DNA of 64,000 bases from positions 1,495 through 65,494 of the forward strand of contig JBAZXC010000003.1 in assembly GCA_041660065.1 (NCBI GenBank), given 5' to 3'. The notes under the pieces were generated by a model, which was not told the DNA's origin, ran no database searches, and worked only from the letters and a program-made list of their open reading frames with translations. Within the stretch, counting starts at the first letter, position 1. Every line of letters starts with the position of its first letter. The DNA comes from Parcubacteria group bacterium. Its GTDB lineage: Bacteria > Patescibacteriota > Minisyncoccia > Moranbacterales > GCA-2747515. The translations under genes were made by a program, and so were the position numbers. Positions 36,572 through 47,060 of the stretch are shown piece after piece.

Positions 36572-38362
36572 ATGAAAAAAGTTTTTCTGAAAATAGTGGG
36601 CGGCTCTGTCATTATTTTTGTGCTTTTTGCTGTCGGAGTGGCCTATTATATCACAAGAACTCCGGAATATTCTCTTTATAAGTTGCGAGAGGCGATCATC
36701 ACTGATAGTGCTGATGTTAAAAAATATCTTGATAGTGAAAGTGTTGCAGAGAGTCTCGGAGAATCACCGGCACAATTGCAAGAATGGATCGATAGTCTGA
36801 ATACTTCCATAGTGGAAATCAAAGAAGAAAACCGTGATAAAAGTAAAGACGCCAGTGCATATGTCGATACGGAACTTTCCGGAAAAAATGTAAAGAATGC
36901 ATCTGTATCATTTACGGATAGAGATGAAGTAGTAATTTCTTTGACATTTGACGATGTCGGCACAAGGATCTTTGCGGATATTACCAAAAGGAATATTGGC
37001 AAAGAAATAGCTGTTTTTTTAAGAGGTAATTTGTCAAATGTTTTAATTATCCAGAATGAAATAACCAATGGTGAGATGGCAATTTCAGGAAAAGATACGG
37101 AGCATGCCATGTCTCTGGTTGATGCAATCAACAAGGAAAAAAGGAGTCGACTTGATGGTTTTGAGATTAGGCAGAGTGACATTAGAGGGAATTTTGCCGA
37201 GATATCAATAGGGGAAAAGAACAGTAAAAATAGTCTGAAAATACACATGATCAAAATGGATGGTGGATATTGGAAGGTAGATAAGATTGATACAATGATC
37301 AATGAAAATGATGAGGCCAAGCTCCCCAGTCCGGAAGGAGAAAAAGAGGTGACATTCAATTGGAAATATAAAGGAAAAAACTATTCTTTGGATGAAAAGC
37401 TATATGACTCATATTATACATTTTATGAGTCGCTTCCTGCACAAAATATTTTTAACGGAGAGTCTCTTGTTGGAGAGTTGGAAAAGAAGAACGAACTATT
37501 TGTGACGGAAAATACGAGAGATAAAACCATCGGTGATCTGGCGCAAGCAATCAAATCACTGGGAGAGAAGAACGATCTCAATGAAGACCAGATCGTGGAG
37601 CTGGTGGCGTCATTCGTTCAAACAATTCCGTATGATGACAATGAATATAATAACAGGGAAACAGTGGTGCCTAAAGAGGATTATCCATATGAGGTATTAT
37701 ATAAAAACAAGGGAATTTGTTCTGATAAAAGTTATCTGGCATACTCTTTGCTCAGAGATTTGGGATATGGCGTTGCTCTTTTTATCTTTCCGGAAGATCA
37801 GCATATGGCGATAGGGGTGGCTTGTCCTCGTGAATATTCCAATTATGATTCAGGGTATTGTTTTCTTGAAACCACGAGCATGGGAAACAAAATTGGATCT
37901 GCTCCAAGTATTATGGAAAAATCACGCATTGCTTCTTCGAAAACAGAGCTCAATGATTTTGGCGTCGATTCTTCGGAAGATCAATCCCATCCTCTGGGGG
38001 AAATTGAGATTTTAAACAAAATTAATGGACGGGTCTACACCGGAATAATTGAAACCATCAATACCCAAAAGGAAATTGAGAGTCTTCTTTCTGCTGTGAG
38101 AAAAATGGATGGTGAATTAAATGTTTTGAGAAAAGATTTGAATGATCAAAATGAAGAAATTGGTAAGATGGTAGACAAGCTTAATAAATTGGCAAAAAGC
38201 AGTGACAATAGTGCTTATGATGATTATAAAAAACTATATGCGAAATACAAAAATGCCGTTGCTAATTTTGAAGAAGACAGAAAGGTGTTTAATGCGAAAG
38301 TTGACGTGCGTAATCAATTAAACGCAAAGCACAAAAAAATTGTGGAGAGCTTCTATCAATAA
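36572..38362 (+). CDS. membrane-anchored protein with a transglutaminase-like Cys-His-Asp core and a C-terminal coiled coil
   Basis: N-terminal TM, then 'KGICSDKSYLAYSLLRDLGYGVALFIFPEDQHMAIGV' (Cys...His...Asp spacing typical of transglutaminase-like proteases). Confidence 0.5.
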   Translation: MKKVFLKIVGGSVIIFVLFAVGVAYYITRTPEYSLYKLREAIITDSADVKKYLDSESVAESLGESPAQLQEWIDSLNTSIVEIKEENRDKSKDASAYVDTELSGKNVKNASVSFTDRDEVVISLTFDDVGTRIFADITKRNIGKEIAVFLRGNLSNVLIIQNEITNGEMAISGKDTEHAMSLVDAINKEKRSRLDGFEIRQSDIRGNFAEISIGEKNSKNSLKIHMIKMDGGYWKVDKIDTMINENDEAKLPSPEGEKEVTFNWKYKGKNYSLDEKLYDSYYTFYESLPAQNIFNGESLVGELEKKNELFVTENTRDKTIGDLAQAIKSLGEKNDLNEDQIVELVASFVQTIPYDDNEYNNRETVVPKEDYPYEVLYKNKGICSDKSYLAYSLLRDLGYGVALFIFPEDQHMAIGVACPREYSNYDSGYCFLETTSMGNKIGSAPSIMEKSRIASSKTELNDFGVDSSEDQSHPLGEIEILNKINGRVYTGIIETINTQKEIESLLSAVRKMDGELNVLRKDLNDQNEEIGKMVDKLNKLAKSSDNSAYDDYKKLYAKYKNAVANFEEDRKVFNAKVDVRNQLNAKHKKIVESFYQ

Positions 38363-38643
38363 GTCTATAGAGCTTTGCCTATTGGTTACATACGAGTAGG
38401 GGTAAGTGAAATGTGAATATTTTTTTGATGGTCGCTGTTATCACAGGGCGACACAATTTATCTGCTGGATGCATATGTTATGTGGTTATATATTATCTGA
38501 TGCTAGCCATAGTACTATTTATAACCAAATGGATAATCAGAATCCGATAATGCCATTGTTACTTGATGTAAATTAGACTATGCTTTATAGTAAGGAAGAA
38601 ATTGTTCTTTGATCTGTCAACCAAAAAAATGGAGGGATAGTTC

Positions 38644-39645
38644 GTGAAAAAAAGAATAAGAAAAATACAAGGAAGAATTCGTGTCGGAGCGTTGCTTCTA
38701 TTGGGAATCATTGTCTTGCGAGGACCATTTCCGCTGTTAATGCGATTATTGCCGCGTTTTTTTGATTATATTTTCTTTGTGTATCCAGGTAAAGAAAGTG
38801 ACATTGGAGGATATTTGCCGTATTTTCTTGCGAACAGTGCATGGTGCAGGACGCAGATTTTCTTTGGAGGTATTATCACTGCTCCGCCAGGGAAAAAGGC
38901 GGGAAGGGGTTTTTTGATTGGTTCTCCGTCCACAGTGCGCAGTATGTTGCGGTCGGAAGTGGAATGTCGCATCTTAGAGAAAAAAATGAAAAAAATTGCA
39001 GACTGCTTTTCAGTGAAGGGGATTGCGATTGCTGGAAGAGCACCATCGATATTCATGCATCACGGCATAGTCTTAGAAGATCCTTTTGTCCAAGGAGAAA
39101 AGGGGATGGTGTTTTGTACGATTGAGACTTTGTATTTTGTTGCACAAAAGCATCAAATATCTTTACAAACGGCAAATATTGCCGTATTTGGGGCTGGCCG
39201 CGTGGGAAAGAGTATTGCGGAATTTTTATCAGCAGAGGGGTACAATGTGACAAATATACGTGCACAAAGTGTTTTTGATCCAGAAGGTCGAAAATTATCA
39301 AATGACGTGAATGATATTTTGCGTGTGGCAGATATCGTGATCGTAATTTCTGCCAAAGGGTCAGATTTTCATCCGCACATGAAGTACTTGAGAGATGGCG
39401 CGATTATCATTGGTGAAACTCATCCGCCCATACAGCGTCCGTTCGAAAAAGGATCAATATATCGGGCTGGGCTCTCTTTGGAGGGATTGAGATTTGTTCC
39501 AGCGTTAGAGACATACAGCGCGACAAGTATCCCCGGTTGTGTCGTTGAGGCAATTGTATTTGCACGGTACGGAGAAATTGCAGATCAAAAAACATTTAAT
39601 AAAATGGCGCGCGCAATCGGTTTCTGCGCATGTAATGTCGTGTAA
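38644..39645 (+). CDS. NAD(P)-binding Rossmann-fold protein (shikimate/quinate-dehydrogenase-like); the N-terminal extent is uncertain
   Basis: 'IAVFGAGRVGKSIAEFLSAEGYNV' is a GxGxxG dinucleotide-binding motif. Confidence 0.45.
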   Translation: MKKRIRKIQGRIRVGALLLLGIIVLRGPFPLLMRLLPRFFDYIFFVYPGKESDIGGYLPYFLANSAWCRTQIFFGGIITAPPGKKAGRGFLIGSPSTVRSMLRSEVECRILEKKMKKIADCFSVKGIAIAGRAPSIFMHHGIVLEDPFVQGEKGMVFCTIETLYFVAQKHQISLQTANIAVFGAGRVGKSIAEFLSAEGYNVTNIRAQSVFDPEGRKLSNDVNDILRVADIVIVISAKGSDFHPHMKYLRDGAIIIGETHPPIQRPFEKGSIYRAGLSLEGLRFVPALETYSATSIPGCVVEAIVFARYGEIADQKTFNKMARAIGFCACNVV

Positions 39646-39675
39646 ACCTGTTGATGTATGTGCTATTGAAATTGA

Positions 39676-39717
39676 AGGCGAATAGCTCACCTGCCACTAT
39701 TCGCCTTATTTTATTTT
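39676..39717 (+). terminator. rho-independent terminator
   Basis: aggcgaatag ...loop... ctattcgcct followed by tattttatttt. Confidence 0.55.
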
Positions 39718-40031
39718 CAGTCGATTTTTTTATAATGCGCATTATCAGAGGATTTTTGTTTGGGTGATTATTTTTCTTGAAAAATGGTATAATAAAAAAA
39801 TATTTTATACTATGCCAAAAATGCTGGTTTTTTTGAGCTCTGTATTTATAGGGGCGAGAATTATATTTTTTAACGGTCATCCAGTTAGTACTCGCGTTGT
39901 CTAGATAATATTTCATATTTTTATACGGGAACATTCCGTTTTAAAAAGATGGACAAAGTCCCAAAAATGTGCTAGGATGCGTAGTCCTAATATTTAGGCG
40001 AGCTTAACAAAAAAATAGAGAGGAGCTGTCT

Positions 40032-40586
40032 ATGAAAAATGCATATTTAATTGAGAGGTGGAGAAGTCTTTCACAAAAGGTGGTATTTGTAGCCAAAAGA
40101 TTTTCGATACTTAGTGTCGATTATTTACGGCCTGGCAATGAATTCTATAAGGATGTGTGTGTCAAACAAGAGCCGGATGGCGTAGGAATTTTTGCCATAA
40201 CAAAAAAACGTGAAGTTGTCATGGTAAGACACTTCAGACCCGGACCGGAAAAAATCTTGCTGGAATTGCCTGCGGGAGATGTGGACAAAGATGAAGATCC
40301 GGCAATTGCTGCAGAGAGGGAATTGCTTGAAGAAACGGGATATCGCGGCAAAGAATCATTAGCAGTCGGATCATCATTTCGCGATGCATATTCCACTGGA
40401 GTTTTTTTCTCAGTGGTAATTACAGAATGTGTGTTAGAAGAAATTCCGAAAGGACGCAAAAGACACCCTAGCCTTCGTGAAATTGTTTTGGTTCCACTCG
40501 GTGAGTTTCGGCAAATGTTAAGGAGTCAGCAAATGACAAATTCCGAAGCTGGGCTGAGAGGGTTGGATTATCTGAATCTTCTCTGA
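40032..40586 (+). CDS. NUDIX hydrolase
   Basis: Nudix box 'LPAGDVDKDEDPAIAAERELLEETGY'. Confidence 0.8.
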   Translation: MKNAYLIERWRSLSQKVVFVAKRFSILSVDYLRPGNEFYKDVCVKQEPDGVGIFAITKKREVVMVRHFRPGPEKILLELPAGDVDKDEDPAIAAERELLEETGYRGKESLAVGSSFRDAYSTGVFFSVVITECVLEEIPKGRKRHPSLREIVLVPLGEFRQMLRSQQMTNSEAGLRGLDYLNLL

Positions 40587-40617
40587 AATAGGCTTAACGA
40601 ATTTTTGTTCTTTTTGA

Positions 40618-40654
40618 GAAGGACTGCTAAAATTTTTAGCAGTCCTTTTATTTT
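40618..40654 (+). terminator. rho-independent terminator
   Basis: aggactgcta aaattt tagcagtcct followed by tttatttt. Confidence 0.55.
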
Positions 40655-40785
40655 AAACGTTATATTTTAAATGGATATTACTCTCCATTGACTAAACTGT
40701 TATTGCATATTAGAATCATTAGTCAGTTCTTTTATGTTGGTTTGCACAAAAATTTAAGCATAGTCATAAAAAAGGAGGATTAACA

Positions 40786-41178
40786 ATGGATTTTGTTCCC
40801 AATAAACAATTGAGCAAAAGAGAGATCGATGATGTTTTGCAGAATCCTGACAGGCGACATAAGGATGACCCGGTGATCGATCCTGTGTTATTGACGGCGG
40901 GTGATCTTTATAAATCTCTATGGACATTGAGTTGCGCGGCTATTGTACTTGCTAGAGAGCATTTGGAGAGTCAGCCAAATACAGAAGTCCTCCTGAGGAT
41001 CTTTCAAAACTCGGGGATCAAATATGTAGGGATGGCCATACTTGCTTTTGGGGTGGATCTGGATACAATTGAAAATTTGACTCCGGAAGCCAGTCAAAGG
41101 GTTGTGCAAATGCTTTTTGAAAAAATTATTAATGCAGTGAATGAGGATCTGCTTCATTCTCATTTTTCGATTGATTAA
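40786..41178 (+). CDS. hypothetical protein
   Basis: SD 'aaggagga' upstream, 130 aa. Confidence 0.4.
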   Translation: MDFVPNKQLSKREIDDVLQNPDRRHKDDPVIDPVLLTAGDLYKSLWTLSCAAIVLAREHLESQPNTEVLLRIFQNSGIKYVGMAILAFGVDLDTIENLTPEASQRVVQMLFEKIINAVNEDLLHSHFSID

Positions 41179-41266
41179 ATTTTTCTATATCAACCGTTTG
41201 CGTATGCAAAAAGAAAAAGCCAAATCTTTTTTAGATCTGGCTTTTTAAGTGGTTTGCATAATGTGA

Positions 41267-41596
41267 TTATTTCGTCAAAAGATATGGACATGATGTTGAA
41301 TGTGCGCTGGCACGAAACCCCGTTGAACAAAAATCAGTGTCATCATAACTTAACTCAAACACAATTTTTTGACCAGCGATATCATAGAATTTCCATTGGA
41401 TCGTGTTAGGGCTGTATTTGGCCTTGACGTCCATTTCCCCCTTGGTAATTTTTGGTAATTCACATAATTTGTCGTGCATTACCACAATTTCTCTCGGCTC
41501 TGGATCCGGTGTTCCGAAATGCTCCAGATCTTGGATGGTGAATGTCGTCTTATCATTTTCTTTCTTTGTGCCAGTGACGCTCATGAAATCCTCCAC
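41267..41596 (-). CDS. hypothetical protein
   Basis: 109-aa ORF, convergent with 40786-41178 and sharing a bidirectional hairpin at about 41216-41246. Confidence 0.35.
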   Translation of the reverse strand: MEDFMSVTGTKKENDKTTFTIQDLEHFGTPDPEPREIVVMHDKLCELPKITKGEMDVKAKYSPNTIQWKFYDIAGQKIVFELSYDDTDFCSTGFRASAHSTSCPYLLTK

Positions 41597-41766
41597 TAAG
41601 TGAGATTTTTGATTGTGTTTCGATTGTAAGAGAGCTTATCTAATGTTTTATTACACAATTCATATTTTGTCAAAGGTGGGACGAATGTCGTTAAAAATAA
41701 TTTTTCAAATAAAATAAAAAAACCACCAGAGGAAGTGTCTACCTCTCGTGGTTTTTGTTTTTTGAC

Positions 41767-42693
41767 TCATGTCTCGAGTGCTTCTAATGCGGCCAAACGT
41801 TTTGACATGCTCGGATGAGTTGACAACATGTCAGATGGATTTGGATCTGCGGTGCAGAGGAACCCTACAGCTGCGCCGACTTTTTCTGATCCAATCGTTG
41901 GATTTTTCACAATCTTTTGTAGGGCCGACACGAGATGTCGTGATGTTCCCATGATCTTTGAAGCTGAGGCATCCGCAGCATATTCTCTTTGGCGTGAAAC
42001 AAAAAGTTGGAGAATATATCCAAACAGACGTCCGAACAAGTACATTCCTCCACCGATGAGTAAAATTGCCAATAGCGCCAAACCGCTATCTTTTTTACTC
42101 GATGTTGGCCGATCGCTTCCTGACTGGTAAGGTCCAATCCTTAAAAGAATCCATCCGGTAAATGCCATTATCATGACGCTTATCGTCATCGCCATAGATA
42201 CAAGAATATCTCTATTGGCGATGTGGCCTATTTCATGAGCCATGACAGCTTCTAACTCTTCCTGTGTTAGATTGTCTATGATGCCTTGTGTTGCGCCCAC
42301 TGCAGAAAAAAAAGGCAGTCCCCAGCCGAATGCAAAAGCATTCATGCCACTTGTATCAACTAAGTAGATCCGCGGTGTCGGCTTTGCAATAAGTGGTGTT
42401 ACCTTGTGAACAGTATCCCACAGTCTTGGGGATTGTTCTCGTGATCTAATACGTTTTGCATGCATGGTCAGTGCGACGATAGGCTCGTTAAAAATGAGCA
42501 AAATTCCGCAAAGAAGCACAGCGCCAATAGCTCCCCAATAGAACAATCGTATTGCGCCAGGAGCAAATCTGGCAATTACCAGAAGGCATATACTCCACAT
42601 CAACGTCATTGCGATGAATGCAACAAAAAAAGATGCCCAACTCCGTACCCATGTAGAATACACCTTGTAGTTTTTTACTGTTTGATTTTTCAA
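41767..42693 (-). CDS. htpX: M48-family zinc metalloprotease (HtpX-like)
   Basis: 'HEIGHIANRD' is the HEXXH motif. Multiple TM segments and a downstream hairpin plus T-run at 41716-41766. Confidence 0.75.
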   Translation of the reverse strand: MKNQTVKNYKVYSTWVRSWASFFVAFIAMTLMWSICLLVIARFAPGAIRLFYWGAIGAVLLCGILLIFNEPIVALTMHAKRIRSREQSPRLWDTVHKVTPLIAKPTPRIYLVDTSGMNAFAFGWGLPFFSAVGATQGIIDNLTQEELEAVMAHEIGHIANRDILVSMAMTISVMIMAFTGWILLRIGPYQSGSDRPTSSKKDSGLALLAILLIGGGMYLFGRLFGYILQLFVSRQREYAADASASKIMGTSRHLVSALQKIVKNPTIGSEKVGAAVGFLCTADPNPSDMLSTHPSMSKRLAALEALET

Positions 42694-43065
42694 TGTACTT
42701 TCCTCCTATTGGTTGATGGTTGTTAATTTTTTGAACAACATGGGAATATATCATAAAAAATATGTCATGTCAAGAAATAAGTGAAGGAAAATTTATATCA
42801 AATTCATTTTTTGTCATGGTCACCTACCACTCATGTGTCGATGGACTTTCCAGCGACTTTTTTATTTCTGAGCTTGACAAATACAGGATATTTGCTATGG
42901 TAAAAGGTCTGCAAAAGCCATAAAAACGGATTTTTGCAGTAGATCTTTAACATTGTGAATACGTAAAAATATTTTACAAAAGGAGACGATAAAAAGATTA
43001 AAATGTTTGAGGGTGTTTCTTGATTTGTGGGAAAAAATAAAACAATAACAACAGGGAGGAAAAAG

Positions 43066-45459
43066 ATGAAAACAACTAAACTGTTTGTTTTGGTTTGGGT
43101 GTTGATCACCGTTGGTTTTTCTGGAGTTTTTGCTGCAGATCAACAGAATGCATTAATTGTTGACAACGCAAATCTGTTTGGTGGCAAGGCTCAAGATGTA
43201 CAGAGGGCAGCACAAGCCCTCCAGAGCAAAGGAGCGGATGTTCACATTTGGACAATCAGATCTTTTGCCGGAGAGGCGAGTTCGCTCATGGAGTATGAAG
43301 AAAAACTTGAGAAAAGTTTTCCGGCGTGGCAATCAGCCAATGGCAAACGAAAGAGCAATCTTATCGTGCTGATGATGTCTCTGACGGAAAGAAAGACCGG
43401 ACTGTATTATGGCAGTGAGTTTGGGAGACCGCTCGAAAAGAATTGGATTAGAATCCAGACAGATCTCATGAATCCTAAGTTTGGACGCGGTGAATTTGCG
43501 GAAGGATTTATCGCCGGACTTGATGAAGTTACGAGACTTGTTGATGAGCACATTCATCCGTCGCAAGTTTCTCCAAGTAAGACGGTGATAGTGCAACAGC
43601 AGGCGCCGTCAAAACCCACTGACCTGACTGGTCTTTGGACTGTGATGAAGTGGTGTCTCGGTATCCTGACTGTATGTATTGTCGGATTTTTTTTAATACG
43701 GATGTTCAACAGGCGTCGGGAAGAATGGGAAAAGAAACTGCGAGCGCAACAGCGAGCAAGGATCGAGAAACAAAATGCTACTGAGAAAATCACATCGATC
43801 AGAGCGGCAATGAGTGATCTCGAGACGCTTGTGACAGCAATAACTGGCGTGATGGATGAAAAATCGGCACAATTGCTCAGGAAAAAACTCCAAAAAGCAA
43901 AGGATGCACAGGCCAAATTGGCATCTGATTTTTCTGGAACAGGAACTGCGGCAGGTGATCCTGATGTTGATGGATTGATGGATGCACAATATGCTGCTAT
44001 GGAAGATAAGTACAAAGAAGTCACCGAATCTTCCAGTGGCGCGTTGAGTTTCATTCGGGAATTGGAAGAAGAAGTAAGAACTTTTCGTGATCAAGCAATG
44101 AATGCATCAAAGACATTGGAAACTCTCAATCAAAGAGCGGAAGAAGTCAGTGGCGTAGTTACTGCTTTGATCGGTAAGGGGTTCAAGATCGATGAAGTGT
44201 CAAAGCTTCTCAACACAACCCTGAAAATTCTTCAGCAGGCCAAAGGTCACCTTGATGGGAAACAGTATGAGCAGTTTGCTGTTGTTACTAACGAGGTGGA
44301 AGGTCAGCTCAACAGTATCGAGGAGCGGGCACTGGCCATTCCTGATCTCGGGGAAACGATCGAGAAGAGGGTTATGGACATTGAAGCCAAGATCCCTGTA
44401 GTCGTCAAGATGATTGGTGATGCCAAAGAAACATTCATGATGATTACCGCGTCTTTTGTTCTACGTTCGTGGGAGGCGATCAAGGGCAATGGCTCAGAAG
44501 CGGAGAATCGTATCAAAAAGGCGACGGCAACAATTGATGTAATCAGAAAATGCATCAGTATGGATGTCCAGGACTGGTCACAGGGGCAAGATCTTGTCGA
44601 AAAGGCAGGTCAATGGCTCGGCGAGGCTGAGTCGCTCATGCGATCCGTTTTTTCGCTCAAGGAGAATCTTGAGCGAGCAAAGGCAAATGTGGCCAAAGAG
44701 GTTACAGATACCGAGAGTGATATTCAGAAAGCATGGGATTATATCAAACAATACGATGCTGACATCCGAGACAGTCTCGAGGATGATCTCCGACAGGCAG
44801 AAAAAATGATCAAGGAGGTGAAGGACGAACTCAAAAAAACAATGCCTGACTATACCACGGCTTTCAAGAGGGCACAGGAAGCCAATGCGTTGGCCGATAA
44901 GATCTATGATCAAGCGGTCGATGAGCGTGAAACAGCTGAACGTCAGCGAAGGAAATTGAGCTCTCAACAGGACAATGTTGAGAGAAAAATTTCGAAGGCA
45001 AGGGAGTATTTTGAGGATCATGACAGGGATGTCAATCCAGAATCAAGAGAACATCTTTCGTCAGCGGAAAATAATTTCCAGCGAGCGGTGAATTGTGCAG
45101 ATCTCAATCAGAGATCACAACTTATGTTTTTGGCGGAAGAAGCGGCAGATCATGCGTATAACGTCGCCAAAGACGATGTAGAAAATGCACATCGATCCCG
45201 GAATAGAAATTCTTGGGGATCGCGTCGGGAATATGAATCACGAGATAACACAGTTGTCGTTGTCGGTGGATATTCTGGTGAGCATGAAGCTCATAATGAT
45301 ACTCGTGGCAGTGGCGGAAGAACATCAAATAGTGATGAAAGTTCTGGAGGAGGTGGCGACACGACATTCAGCATTGATACCGGTGGCGGCGGAGGTGGCG
45401 ACACGACATTCAGCATTGATACCGGTGGCGGCGGAGGTGGTGGTGACACTGGTTGGTAA
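43066..45459 (+). CDS. secreted or membrane TPM-domain (TLP18.3/Psb32/MOLO-1-like) protein with a TM segment, an about 500-aa coiled-coil region and a C-terminal Gly-rich tandem repeat
   Basis: SD 'agggagga', signal-like 'LFVLVWVLITVGFSGVFA', TPM-like 'ALIVDNANLFGG...VHIWTIRSF...LIVLMMSLTERKTGLYYGSEFG', TM 'WCLGILTVCIVGFFLI', C-terminal 'GGGGDTTFSIDTGGGGGGDTTFSIDTGGGGGGG'. Confidence 0.65.
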   Translation: MKTTKLFVLVWVLITVGFSGVFAADQQNALIVDNANLFGGKAQDVQRAAQALQSKGADVHIWTIRSFAGEASSLMEYEEKLEKSFPAWQSANGKRKSNLIVLMMSLTERKTGLYYGSEFGRPLEKNWIRIQTDLMNPKFGRGEFAEGFIAGLDEVTRLVDEHIHPSQVSPSKTVIVQQQAPSKPTDLTGLWTVMKWCLGILTVCIVGFFLIRMFNRRREEWEKKLRAQQRARIEKQNATEKITSIRAAMSDLETLVTAITGVMDEKSAQLLRKKLQKAKDAQAKLASDFSGTGTAAGDPDVDGLMDAQYAAMEDKYKEVTESSSGALSFIRELEEEVRTFRDQAMNASKTLETLNQRAEEVSGVVTALIGKGFKIDEVSKLLNTTLKILQQAKGHLDGKQYEQFAVVTNEVEGQLNSIEERALAIPDLGETIEKRVMDIEAKIPVVVKMIGDAKETFMMITASFVLRSWEAIKGNGSEAENRIKKATATIDVIRKCISMDVQDWSQGQDLVEKAGQWLGEAESLMRSVFSLKENLERAKANVAKEVTDTESDIQKAWDYIKQYDADIRDSLEDDLRQAEKMIKEVKDELKKTMPDYTTAFKRAQEANALADKIYDQAVDERETAERQRRKLSSQQDNVERKISKAREYFEDHDRDVNPESREHLSSAENNFQRAVNCADLNQRSQLMFLAEEAADHAYNVAKDDVENAHRSRNRNSWGSRREYESRDNTVVVVGGYSGEHEAHNDTRGSGGRTSNSDESSGGGGDTTFSIDTGGGGGGDTTFSIDTGGGGGGGDTGW
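45353..45442 (+). repeat. 2 x 45-bp perfect tandem repeat inside the CDS, encoding the DTTFSIDTGGGGGG repeats
   Basis: ggtggcgacacgacattcagcattgataccggtggcggcggaggt occurs twice. Confidence 0.7.
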
Positions 45460-45521
45460 ACGCGCTGGTCCGTTGAACAAAGGCAAATTCAATTCAAAAA
45501 AGTAAAAATGGAGGAAGTACA

Positions 45522-46220
45522 ATGATGACAATTTTTCAGAAGTTAAGAACGATCACTCTTGGTGCGGCACATGCGTTGCTTGATAAGGCCATCGATGAAA
45601 TGTCGATCCCTGCACTCAAGCAGAATCTGCGTGATATCGAAGCAGCTATCAAAACTCTTGATGAAGAGGCTGCAGAAGCAGAAGGAAGTATGGTTACCGC
45701 CAATAACAGGGCCACGGCCATTACAGCGCAGGTTGACGAGCTCAACACCAATATCGTTTTTATACTCAGTGATGGTGATGACTCAAATGACCATTTGTCC
45801 GAACCCCTTCAAGCAAGACTTACAGGTCTCGAGGTCCAGCAAAAATCTGCGCTAGCAGAAGTTGAGACCTTCAAGCAAACCATGATGGCCGTTGACCAAG
45901 TTGCATCTGCTCTTAAAGCGAAGCAACAGACGCGACTTACGCAGATCACCCTGCTCCAATCGCAGGCGAATACTGCCGAGGCCAAGAACAAAGCAGCTGA
46001 TGCGATTGAGCTGGCAAATAAGCTTGGTGGCGGAGAAATTTCTTCAGTGGATGATTTTCAGGAACGTATTGAAACGAAGTCAAATATCGCCGATGCCAGA
46101 TTGCGAAGAGCTATGGGCGACATGCAAACCGGTCTCGGTCAGGATGCGATCCTTGCCGATGCTAAAGCAAAGATTGCGGCCAGAAAAGCAAAGATTGCTG
46201 CAGACAAGGCAAAACAGTAA
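45522..46220 (+). CDS. pspA: PspA/IM30 (Vipp1/ESCRT-III-like) family protein
   Basis: N-terminal 'IFQKLRTITLGAAHALLDKAIDEMSIPALKQNLRDIEAAIKTLDEEAAEA' is the typical PspA helix alpha-1/2. A terminator hairpin follows at 46246-46280. Confidence 0.75.
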   Translation: MMTIFQKLRTITLGAAHALLDKAIDEMSIPALKQNLRDIEAAIKTLDEEAAEAEGSMVTANNRATAITAQVDELNTNIVFILSDGDDSNDHLSEPLQARLTGLEVQQKSALAEVETFKQTMMAVDQVASALKAKQQTRLTQITLLQSQANTAEAKNKAADAIELANKLGGGEISSVDDFQERIETKSNIADARLRRAMGDMQTGLGQDAILADAKAKIAARKAKIAADKAKQ

Positions 46221-46428
46221 ATAATATGTTCAGCTGAGCATATGACCTCTGGGAAGAGAAATTTTCCCAGAGGTTTTTATTTTAAAAGTTATTTTTTTAA
46301 TAAATATCATTCTCTTTACAAACAGCAAATATGTTGATAACATGGACCATTAGTTGTTTTATAATATGGTTTATTGTGGTGGAGATGTCTGTGTAGATCA
46401 AAAATCAACGAAAACAAGGAGAATGCGG

Positions 46429-46953
46429 ATGAATGAAAAAAACGGGAGTCCTATCAAGGTGGGCATTGTTATGGGGAGTGATTCTGACATAACGGAAATG
46501 AGCAAGGCAAGAGATGTTCTCGATGAATTTAATGTTCCTTATGCCGGGACAATTTGCTCGGCACATCGCACACCGGAAGACGTTCCAAAGCTCATTGACG
46601 CGTGGGAGGGACGTGGATGCAAGGTATTTATCGCCGGTGCGGGTTGGGCGGCACATCTCGCAGGAGCGTTTGCTGCCAATACAATACTGCCGGTAATCGG
46701 TGTTCCACTTTCCAGTTCCAAACTTAATGGTTTGGATGCGCTTTTGGCGACGGTGCAAATGCCTTCGGGAATACCTGTAGCAACAATCGCGATAGACTGT
46801 GCTGCCAACGCTGCGTTTCTGGCGATGGAAATTCTTGCTGTGGGCGGTGATCTTGATCTAAGAGATAAATTACTTCAGCATCGTCTTGAAATGGCAGATG
46901 GTGTGAGAGAGAAATCGAGAAAACTGAATGTCCATCAGGAATGGCCGGATTGA
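46429..46953 (+). CDS. purE: N5-carboxyaminoimidazole ribonucleotide mutase PurE
   Basis: 'VGIVMGSDSDITEM...AGTICSAHRTPE...FIAGAGWAAHLAGAFAANTILPVIGVP'. A terminator hairpin follows at 46971-47016. Confidence 0.85.
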   Translation: MNEKNGSPIKVGIVMGSDSDITEMSKARDVLDEFNVPYAGTICSAHRTPEDVPKLIDAWEGRGCKVFIAGAGWAAHLAGAFAANTILPVIGVPLSSSKLNGLDALLATVQMPSGIPVATIAIDCAANAAFLAMEILAVGGDLDLRDKLLQHRLEMADGVREKSRKLNVHQEWPD

Positions 46954-47060
46954 TCGGTAATCTCTTACAAAATGACGTTAACGGTGTAATATATCGTTTG
47001 ACGTCATTTTTTTTTGTTTTTGGGCTCAAGTGATATACTTGAAGTGTTATAATAAAAATT

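Noticed and set aside
38644-38900. N-terminal about 85 aa of the 38644-39645 ORF as part of the Rossmann protein
   Set aside because: The N-terminal stretch is Arg/Leu-rich low-complexity with no SD. The true start is probably an internal Met. I kept the track coordinates but flag the uncertainty.
43157-45505. Many internal or antisense ORFs within the TPM coiled-coil gene (for example 43554-44054, 44578-45021, 45185-45505)
   Set aside because: Coiled-coil genes with biased codon usage generate long antisense ORFs. The sense ORF has the SD, signal peptide and domain support.
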